In this document: positions 12,701 to 17,241 of the stretch, piece after piece
Position numbering within the stretch: the stretch's first letter is position 1
How the letters are laid out: the number at the start of each line of letters is the position of its first letter
Assembly (NCBI GenBank): GCA_963804645.1
Contig: CAWDRG010000002.1
Span: 96,001-160,000, forward strand
Reading direction: 5' to 3'
Source of the DNA: an uncultured Bacillota bacterium
Lineage (GTDB): Bacteria > Sysuimicrobiota > Sysuimicrobiia > Sysuimicrobiales > Segetimicrobiaceae
Length of the DNA: 64,000 nucleotides
Notes under the pieces: model-generated
What the model saw: the letters and a program-made list of their open reading frames with translations, nothing else
Database searches by the model: none
Told to the model about the DNA's origin: nothing
Made by a program: the position numbers and the translations under genes

Positions 12701-14165
12701 GCACGCCCGACAGCGTGAGCGTGGTCCCGCTGTTCGGACTCAGGGTCCCGCCGCCGAACGTCACGTTCCGGGCCGAGCTGAACGTCGCGGTCGTCACGAG
12801 CGTGCCGCCGTTGAGCGTCACCGCGTTCGCCGCCGCCCCGAGGTTCGCGTCGGCGCTCACCTGCAGCGTACCGGCCGTGAGCGTGTCGCCACCGGTGAAC
12901 GTGTTGGTCCCCGACAGCGCGAGTGTGGCCCCGCTGTCGTTGAAGGTCAGCCCAGCGGACCCGCTCAACACACCTGAGAGCGTCAGCGTCGTGCCGCTGT
13001 TCGGACTCAGGGTCCCGCCGCCGAGCGTGATGTTCCGCGCCGAGCTGAACGTCGCGGTTGTCTGGAGCGTGCCGCCGTTGAGGGTGACCGCGTTCGCCGC
13101 CGCCCCGAGGTTCGCGTCGGCGCTCACCTGCAGCATACCGGCCGTGAGCGTGTCGCCACCGGTGAACGTGTTGGTCCCCGACAGCGCGAGTGTGGCCCCG
13201 CTGTCGTTGAAGGTCAGCCCAGCGGACCCGCTCAACACACCTGAGAGCGTCAGCGTCGTGCCGCTGTTCGGACTCAGGGTCCCGCCGCCGAGCGTAACGT
13301 TCCGCGCCGAGCTGAACGTCGCGGTTGTCTGGAGCGTGCCGCCGTTCAATGTCACGGTGTTCGCGGCATTGCCGAGGTCGGCGTCGGCCCCCACGCTCAG
13401 GTTGCCGGCCGTGATTGTGAGGTTGCCGGTGAAGCTGTTGCTGGCGTCGGAGAGCAGCAGCGTGCCCGCCCCGTTCAGTGTCAGCCCGCTGCCGCCGCTG
13501 AGCAACCCCGAGAGCATCAGCGTGGCTCCGCTGTCCGGCTGGAACGCGCCGCCGCCGAGCGTGACGCTCCGCGCCGATGCGAACGTTGCGTTCGCCTCCA
13601 GTGCCCCGCCGTTGAGGGTGATGGTGTTGGCCCCGCCGCCGAGATCGGCATCGGCCCCCACGCTCAGGTTGCCGGCCGTGATCGTGACGTTGCCGGTGAA
13701 GCTGTTGCTGGCGTCGGAGAGGAGCAGCGTGCCCGCCCCGTTCAGTGTCAGCCCGCTGCCGCCGCTGAGCAACCCCGAGAGCGTCAGCGTCGTCCCGCTG
13801 TTCGGACTCAGGGTCCCGCCGCCGAGCGTCACGTTCCGCGCCGAGGTGAAGGTCGCGGTGGCTTGAAGCGTGCCGCCGTTGAGCGTGATGCCGTTCGCAC
13901 CGGCGCCGAGGTTATTGTCCGCCCCGACGCTCAACGTGCCGGCGGTGATCGTGTTGCCGCCGGTGTAGGTGTTCGAATGCGAGAGCACGAGCGTCCCGGC
14001 GCCGTTCAACAGCAGCCCGCTGGAGCTGCCCACCGTGCCCGACAGCGTGAGCGTCGTGCCCGCGTTCGGACTGATCGTGCCGCCCGCGAACGAATCCGAG
14101 CCCGAGCTGGTGAACGTTCCGGTGCTCTGGAACGTGCCTCCGGCAAGGTCCAGTCCGAATACCAC
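765..14165 (-). CDS. Autotransporter, intact 3' ORF (4,466 aa): passenger repeats, autochaperone-like domains and translocator barrel
   Basis: ORF track. Linker AETPNQIAVARVLD...ALDALTG, then a barrel at ~1600-765 with amphipathic strands ending YDAAWSSNETNQTFSAGLLIHF. Confidence 0.92.
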   Translation of the reverse strand: MVFGLDLAGGTFQSTGTFTSSGSDSFAGGTISPNAGTTLTLSGTVGSSSGLLLNGAGTLVLSHSNTYTGGNTITAGTLSVGADNNLGAGANGITLNGGTLQATATFTSARNVTLGGGTLSPNSGTTLTLSGLLSGGSGLTLNGAGTLLLSDASNSFTGNVTITAGNLSVGADADLGGGANTITLNGGALEANATFASARSVTLGGGAFQPDSGATLMLSGLLSGGSGLTLNGAGTLLLSDASNSFTGNLTITAGNLSVGADADLGNAANTVTLNGGTLQTTATFSSARNVTLGGGTLSPNSGTTLTLSGVLSGSAGLTFNDSGATLALSGTNTFTGGDTLTAGMLQVSADANLGAAANAVTLNGGTLQTTATFSSARNITLGGGTLSPNSGTTLTLSGVLSGSAGLTFNDSGATLALSGTNTFTGGDTLTAGTLQVSADANLGAAANAVTLNGGTLVTTATFSSARNVTFGGGTLSPNSGTTLTLSGVLSGSAGLTFNDSGATLVLSGTNTFTGGDTLTAGTLSVSADANLGAAANAVTLNGGTLQTTATFSSARSATLGGGTLSPNSGTKLTLSGVLSGGAGLTLNGQGTLALSGTNTFTGGVTVTAGTLSVSADANFGAAANAVTLSTPFSILQTTATFSSSRNVTEGGAVIAPNAGTTLTLSGVVSGSAMLTLNGAGTLALSGTNTYTGGTVIEAGTLSVGADNNLGNASWGVTLEGATLATTATFTSARTVTLFGGGIFAPGVGTTFTLSTAVAGSGGLTLNGAGTLAPSGANTFTGGDTLTAGTLSVGADNNLGAAANAVTFNGGTLATTGTFTSARTVTAGAAGGAFTPSGGTTLTLSGTLSGTGALALNGAGMVLLTGTANGATGTFTVASGTLEVGSAAIPGVTYGGNVAVQAAGTLAGHGTVSGNVTNGGTVAPGGTIGTLTVNGNYTQGAGDTLSIEANPTTSSELVVTGSASLGGTLALTFDAGTYLQGTVYPILTAAGGVAGAFAALTEGGASIGSLTPALNYMANEVDVTLYGQLCTGTDPLDCEIPSGATLPWSTQITATTLDVNTQSPNSGTMMLTNAANQQTTMNVIAGTLSVSAAGDLGSGTGALTLGGTQAGGGATGATLSMTGGISWAGSITTAGTGGTLLVSNGQTSTLSGNVADAAGLTVGDAGDTGALTLSGIISGGGGVSVGGGTLTLSGTNTYTGGAAVSAGTLSVSADNNLGNAAGALVLNGGTLATTATFASARAVTLGGGTLSPNSGTTLTLSGVLSGGAVILNGAGTLVLSGMNTYAGGTTLTAGTLEVGADNNLGGAGAVALNSGALVTTATFSSARNVTLGGGTLSPSGGTTLTLSGVLSGSVGLTFNDSGATLALSGANTFTGGVTVTAGTLDVSADNALGAAANTVTLNGGTLESSGTFTSARGISLSGGGISPDGGTTLTLSGVLSGAGGVRLNGAGTLALTNASNSFTGNVTISAGTLSVAADADLGNAVNTVTLNGGALVTTATINSIRTVALGGGAISPAAATTLTLSGTMSGAGGLTMSGAGTLVLSNFGSFTGGVTVTSGTLSVMSDSNLGNAANSVTLNGGTLLVSQSFSSSRAVTLGASGGTINNGSSAGGPTLSGVISGSGALTLVGTGTTTLSGANTYSGGTTVSAGTLQGTTASLQGAITNNAAVIFNQAGSGTYAGAMSGTGNVTVTGLGTNTVTFSGTSTYTGGTTVTSHLTLSVGAPSNLGAASDTLTLNTGTLLINSAGFGTLAQSITLSGGQDTVDNGGFTPTLAGIISGIANVTFQGAGTTTLSGANTYSNGTTVSAGTLQGTTTSLRGNITDNAAVTFNQAGSGTYAGSLSGTGSVTVTGGGTLTFTGGNSYAGATSITNATLSVGSFSNLGFGGLTFNGGTLSITGPSFSLSNSATTLAGAGTINNNGFNAAFGEAIVGSGSLTLLGMGTTTLTGTNTYTGGTTVSAGTLEGTTTSLQGAITDDAAVIFSMANGTYSGVLSGPGNVTVTGFGTVTFSGTNSYTGGTTVSSNGTLSVSSFSNLGGPPGGLTLNQGTLLINAAGFGTLPQAITLSGSLNTINNGGFNATLSGVITGGGVTFQGAGTTTLSGANTYSGGTTVNGGTLQGTTTSLQGAIADNAAVAFNQAGSGTYGGVLSGPGTVTVTGGGAVTLSGSNSYSGGTTLTNATLSIGADNNLGNTIGNLTLNTGTLVTTATFTSTRHVTLGGGQFSPNAGTTLTLNNTVNGMGSLILNGAGTVVLSTGNIFTGGATVTTGTLSVSADNNLGNAANVVTLNGGALVSTATFSSARSITLGGGQFSPNVATTLTLSGALGGAGGLTLNGAGTVVLSDASNTYTGGNTLTAGTLSVGADADLGAAANGVTLSGGTLATTGTFTSARTVTTGAGGGTFTPSGGTTLTLSGTLTGSGALALNGAGMLLLTGTASGATGTFTVTSGTLEVGSAAIPGVTYGGSVAVQAGGTLAGHGTVSGNVTNGGTVAPGGTIGTLTVSGNYTQGAGDTLSIEANPATSSELVISGSASLAGTLALTFDAGAYTALTQYTILTAAGGVSGTFGTLTLGGVSLGLLTPELTYLANAVNVTLEPGACTGPDPLDCEVPTGGTLPWATQITATTLDLNTQSPNSGTMVLSNAANQQTSTNVIAGTLSVSAAGNLGAALGALTLGGTQAGGGATNGTLSMTTGLVWAGSVATAGAGGTLLVSTGQTSTLSGNIANAAGLTVGDAGDVGALTLSGTISGAGGVTVGGGTVALTGTNTYQGGTTLNAGTLDVSADSNLGNAAGGVTFNGGTLLVTAGTFGSSARAIAVPGTGTLSVGSFNTVWSGVISGSGTLTVLGGATTTLTGTNTLTGTLQVSGGTLSIGTPSNLGAGSATLALNAATLLISGAGFGTAAQAITVSGGSTLNNGGNAAAFSGVISGSGGLTLAGAGTTTLSGVNTYTGGTTLTAGTLSVSADSNLGNAAGGLTLTGGTLLTTAPLTSARTIALNGGGTLNNGGNAVTFSGVISGNGGLTASGAGPTTLSGINTYTGGTTVTGGTLSVGSDSNLGNAAGGVTLNTGTLAINSAGFGASARTIALNGGGTLNNGGNAVTFSGVISGNGGLTAAGAGTTTLSGVNTYAGGTTIEGGAMVSVGADANLGAGAGGMTFNNGALATTGTFASARTVTVAAGGGTFTPNAGTTLTLSGTLNGTGVLALTGPGTVALTGNGSGATGTFTVTNGTLTVGTSATPGAVYGGSVTVQAGGTLTGYGAVGGSVTNAGTVTAGGTPGTLGTLAVTGNYTQGGGGTLGIEANPATASELAVTGAASLGGALALTFDAGAYTAGTAYTLLTAAGGVSGTFGSLTQRGANIGALTPELTYQANAVELTLIAGACSGSPVLDCEAPPNSQLLWGTQITATTLDLNTQNPNDGTLVLTANNNQQTSTNVIAGTLSVSNAGQLGSAVGALTLGGTQVGGGATTGTLFMSTGIMWAGSLTTAGTGGTLVVATGQASALSGAVNDAAGLTVGNGANTGTLTLSGVVSGAGGITVGGGTLALSGVNTYTGGTTVTGGGTVSVSTDANLGNAAGGLTLDNGTLGLAGAGFTSARGVTLNAGGGTVNTNGFAGTLSGVVGGVGALTVTGGGTLVLGGVNTYSGGTTVTGGSTLSVSNDGNLGAAGTGLTLNNGTLALAGNVVSARGVTLGAGGGAVNTNGFAGTLSGMIGGPGALTVTGGGTLTLSGANTYGGGTTVGAGATLIGTTTSVQGNIVNAGTVEFDQAGAGTYAGVLSGSGVLTLMGGGTVTLSGTNTYSGGTTVGAGTTLIGTTTSLQGNIADSGTVEFNQVGAGTYSGVLSGPGALTANGGGTLTLSGVNTYTGGTTVGAGTTLVGTTASLQGNIADNGTIEFNQAGAGTYAGVLSGPGALIIGGGTVTLSGASTYTGGTTITGGTLVVGADTTGSILGPVTVNAGGTLRGAGTIGGAVTNVAGTVMPGSSGIGTLTISGIYTQGAGGTFATEVSPTAASKLSIGGAATVAGTLTLAFDPGVYTPGQYTLLNAAGGLSGTFGTVDATGNLFVQYTLGYTADALTLTIGSVFNFSDFAETPNQIAVARVLDLASPTASGDLATVLTALTSLSTGNQVRAALDALTGVVYTNLPTVTAEDTWSAMDLVFQHLSDVQSGTSAATPALTAFAPGLSGQAGPVTWAGAEPGDPTGWLTPLTSSQTLQGTANAPGFTNQSTGLLLGYDHAAGPRLTWGYAAGTWQSSLTLANGNGTAGITTVAGAVYGGYTAGAFEARGLVGYGVNNFQTTRPINFGDLSRTATASGTGNEIMAGLEADYRLQAGALTVRPTLGIQYVHLTEPAFNESGAGSIDLGVNAVTADWLQGLAGVRLDYAQTTAAGTQITYTLHAEYTTLATEPVPQIQTLLLGAASAGPFLTTGITAAPNAVGAGARITLHASDRYDLYAGYDAAWSSNETNQTFSAGLLIHF

Positions 14166-16721
14166 GTTTGTCGCCCAGGTTTGCCGCGGCGCTGGCCTGC
14201 AGCGTGCCGCCGAAGATCCGTGTCCCGCCGTTGTAGGTGTTGGTTCCGGACAGCACCAGCGTCCCGGGGCCGTTGAGCGTGAGCGAAAACCCGCTGATCA
14301 CTCCGGACAGCGTCAGCGTCGTCCCCGCGCTCGGCACGAATGGTGCCGGCCGTGAAGGCACGCGCCGACGAGAATGTCGCCGTGGTCTTCAGCGTGCCGT
14401 TAATCGTCACCGCGCCGGCGGCGTTGCCGAGGTTAGCGTCCGAGCTCACGGACAGGGTCGTCGCGGCGCCGCTGATGTTTGTGCCTCCGGTGTAGGTGTT
14501 GCTAGTCCCGGACAGTGTCAGGGTGCTGTTGCCGGTCACGGTCAGCCCGCCGGACCCGCTGAGGACCCCGGACAGGGTGAACCCGTTGTTCCCGGTGTTG
14601 ATCGTGCCGCCGCCGAGCGTGACGTTCCGCGCCTCCGTGAAGCTCCCTCCCGTGTACCACAACGTGCCGCCGTTCAGCGTGATGGTGTTCGCGGCGTTGC
14701 CGAGCTTGTTGTCGGCGCTGAACTGCAGGGTGCCGCTCGTGATCGTGACGCCGCCGGTGAACGTATTCGTCCCGGAGAGGACCAGCGTCCCCGCGCCGTT
14801 CAGCGTCAACCCGCCGGCGCCGCTCATCACGCCCGACAGCGTCAGCGTGTCGCCGCTGTCCGGCTGGAACGCCCCGCCCCCCAGCGTCATATTCCGCGCC
14901 GAGCTGAACGTCGCTGTCGCCTCGAGCGCCCCACCGTTCAGCGTTACGATATTGGCCGCAGCGCCGAGGTTGTTGTCCGCGCTCACGCTCAGGTTGCCGG
15001 CCGCGATGGTGTTGCCGCCCGTGTAGGTGTTCGTCCCGGAGAGCAGGAGCGTCCCCGCGCCGTTCAGCGTCAACCCCCCGCTGCCGCTCAGCACGCCCGA
15101 CAGCGTCAACGTCGTCGCGCTGTCCGGGCTGAACGCCCCACCGCCGAGCGTCACCGCGCGCGTGGAGGTAAACGTCCCGGCAACTCTCCAGCGCTCCCCC
15201 GTTGAGCATCACCGCGTTGGCCGCGGCGCCGAGGTTGTTGTCCGCGCTGATGTCCAGGGTGCCGGTGGTGACAGTCACCGCACCCGTGAACGTGTTCGCG
15301 CCGGACAACGCGAGCGTCCCCGCCGCGTTGAACGTCAGCCCCACACTGCCGCTCAGGACGCCGGAGAGCGTCAACGTCGTTGCCGCGCTCGGGGTGATCG
15401 CGCCCCCTCCGAGCGTCACGTTCCGCGCCGAGGTGAACGTCCCGCTGGTGTCCAGAGCGCCACCACTTAGCGTCACCGCCCCCGACGTATTGCCCAGGTT
15501 CGCGTCGGCGCTCACCTGCAGCGTGCCGGCCATGATCGTCGTGCCACCGGTGTACGTGTTCGTCCCGGTGAGCACCACCCGGCCAGCGTTGCTCATGATC
15601 AGCGCGCCGCTCCCGCTCACGACCCCAGAGAGCGTTAGAAGACCCAGCGCGGTGGGGCCGAAGGTGCCGCCGCCCAGCGTGACCGCCCGCGCCGAGGTGA
15701 AGTTTCCGGTGGGAACCAGCGTGCCTCCGTTGAGGATCAGCGTGTTCGCGGCGTTGCCCAGGTCGTTGTCGGCGCCGAACTTCAGCGAGCCGACCGTGAC
15801 CGTGACGCTGCCGGTGAACGTATTCGTCCCGGAGAGCACCAGCGTCCCCGCGCCGTTCAGCGTCAACCCGCCGGCACCGTTCAGCACGCCCGACAGCGTC
15901 AGTGTCGTCGCGCTGTTCGGACTGAACGCGCCGCCGCCGAGCGTCATGTTCCGGGCCGACGCGAACGTCGCCGTCGTCATGAGCGTGCCGCCGTTCAGCG
16001 TGACTGTTTCGACCGTGTTGCCCAGGTTCGCGTCCGCGCTGATCTGCAGGTTCCCGGCCGTGATCGTCGTCCCGCCCGTGTACGTGTTCGTCCCGGAGAG
16101 GACCAGCGTCCCGGCGTTCAGCGTGAGCGCCCCGGCCCCGCTGATGATCCCCGACAGCGTCAACGTCCCGCTCCCGTTGCTCCCGACGTCCAGCGCCGCG
16201 GCGTTGTTGATATTGCCGGTGAACGTCCCCGACTGCCCGGCGCTCGCGCTCAGGTCCCCGCCCGTGCCCCCGGTCGTGAGGCTCCCGTTCCACGTGAACC
16301 CGGTGGTCTCGAGCAGGTTCCCGAACGCGTTGCCCCCACCCGCCTGCGAGCCGCCGATCGTCAGGGTGAGGCCGGCTCCCGAGCCGCCGAGGTTGGCGGC
16401 GCTGCTGACGTCGACCTGGCCGGCGTCGATCGTCGTGTGGGTCTGGGTGTTAGTCCCGCCGAGCGTCAGGGTCCCGTTGTTGGGGCTGGTCGTGTTGATG
16501 ACGAGATTCGTGTCGGTGATCGCGGTGTTGTACGTGAAGTTGCCGGTCGGCACTTCACAGTCCGTCGTGCCCATGCCGTTGGAGATGCAGCTCTGCGCCT
16601 CCGCGGGTACGACGAGCCCCGCGCCCGCGAGCGACACCACCAGCGTGACGACGACTGCGGAGGACCACAGCGGTCTCCAAGTTTCCCCGAGCGCTCGCCG
16701 TTCGCTACGCCACGTCGACAT
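765..16721 (-). CDS. Giant autotransporter adhesin (type Va) with PATR/beta-helix passenger, ~5,317 aa if three +1 frameshifts are corrected
   Basis: N-terminal signal peptide ending AEA|QS, dozens of G.GTL.LSG.NTY/FTGG.T..AGTL repeats (PATR), and a C-terminal beta-barrel ending in F. The reading continues across single extra bases at 15181, 14339-14340 and 14167-14169. Alternative start GTG 16781. Confidence 0.88.
2400..3020 (-). repeat. Three tandem 195-bp (65-aa) SLQGNI..GTVEFNQ.GAGTY repeats
   Basis: gaactcga at 2511, 2706 and 2901 (spacing 195). Confidence 0.8.
12370..13870 (-). repeat. Near-identical 267-bp (89-aa) tandem coding repeats within the passenger
   Basis: gtgttggtccccgacagcgcgagtgtggccccgctg recurs at 12901 and 13168 (offset 267). 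The protein unit SGVLSGSAGLTFNDSGATL...SPNSGTTLTL is 89 aa. Confidence 0.85.
14168..15180 (-). pseudogene. Autotransporter internal frameshifted segments (ORF-track frames 14006..15154 and 13912..14361)
   Basis: Same PATR repeats in shifted frames, bounded by single-base insertions. Confidence 0.8.
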
Positions 16722-16781
16722 GCAGAGGTTCACGCGAGTCCATGAGACGGCGCGCGCCGCGTGCGACAGCCATCGAGGCAC
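15181..16781 (-). CDS. Autotransporter N-terminal segment (signal peptide, Cys cap, PATR repeats)
   Basis: ORF 14502..16781 is repeat-like down to ...GGALES, then runs out of frame after an extra base at 15181. Confidence 0.82.
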
Positions 16782-16889
16782 GCGCGCGCAACCCGGGCAT
16801 GTGGCGTATCGGGATCACTGGTCCTTGTGACCGGCCGATCGGTGTCGTCTGCCATTGCGCTGCTGTCGCGGGGAGCCGGCGCAGACATG

Positions 16890-16922
16890 AAAACAGCCGG
16901 CACGTCCCGTCACGTCTCCGGC
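16890..16922 (-). terminator. Intrinsic terminator (riboswitch expression platform)
   Basis: Minus strand GCCGG-AG-ACGU-GACGGG-ACGU-G-CCGGC followed by UGUUUU, directly after the aptamer. Confidence 0.65.
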
Positions 16923-17002
16923 GTCGGCAACCCCGCTACCCCCCGTGGAGGTCCGGCAGCTTTGCGTCCCTGGGTTACCCCAGGTTTGCCATTTGTCGAC
17001 CG
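16919..17002 (-). ncRNA. c-di-GMP-I (GEMM) riboswitch
   Basis: Minus strand CGGUCG-ACAAAU-GGCAAA-CCUGGG-GUAA-CCCAGG-GACGCAAAG-CUGCCGGAC-CUCCACGGGGG-GUAGCGGGGUUGC-CGAC. It matches the Vc2-type core: GGCAAACC, GNRA loop, GGGACGCAAAG, GUAGCGGGGUU. Confidence 0.92.
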
Positions 17003-17125
17003 TACGTCCTCACTGGGACCGTCCCGTGTCTGACCCCGGCGCCCGCGTTCCCCGGGCGCACCCGACAAATCGTACAAAACACCCTACCATATAACGCGCA
17101 CCTCCGTATATGGGCCGGGGATAGG

Positions 17126-17158
17126 AAAAACGGCCCACGCACCCTCTGCGTGGGCCGT
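17126..17158 (-). terminator. Intrinsic terminator downstream of the coxL/xdh-like gene
   Basis: ACGGCCCACGCA-GAGGG-TGCGTGGGCCGT followed by TTTT on the minus strand. Confidence 0.75.
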
Positions 17159-17241
17159 GCGGATGGCCCAAAAGGACCAAGGGACTGATGCCGGGTGGGG
17201 GACACGGCGTTTCGGAGACCCGCGGCCGCGTCGACGCGGTG

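Noticed and set aside
14167..15181. Phase variation or programmed frameshifting as the cause of the frame breaks
   Set aside because: The sites have no long homopolymer, SSR or slippery heptamer (runs of 3 nt or less), and three independent switches would be needed.
765..16781. Diversity-generating retroelement or silent-cassette system acting on the adhesin
   Set aside because: No reverse transcriptase, recombinase or non-coding template copy is visible; all repeats are in-frame parts of one gene.
735..16830. Many long plus-strand V/P/S-rich ORFs (e.g. 11491..13866, 4420..6426)
   Set aside because: They are antisense shadows of the Gly/Thr-rich repetitive autotransporter in high-GC DNA.
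16919..17002. cGAMP-specific (GEMM-Ib) variant
   Set aside because: The discriminator position is G, not A.
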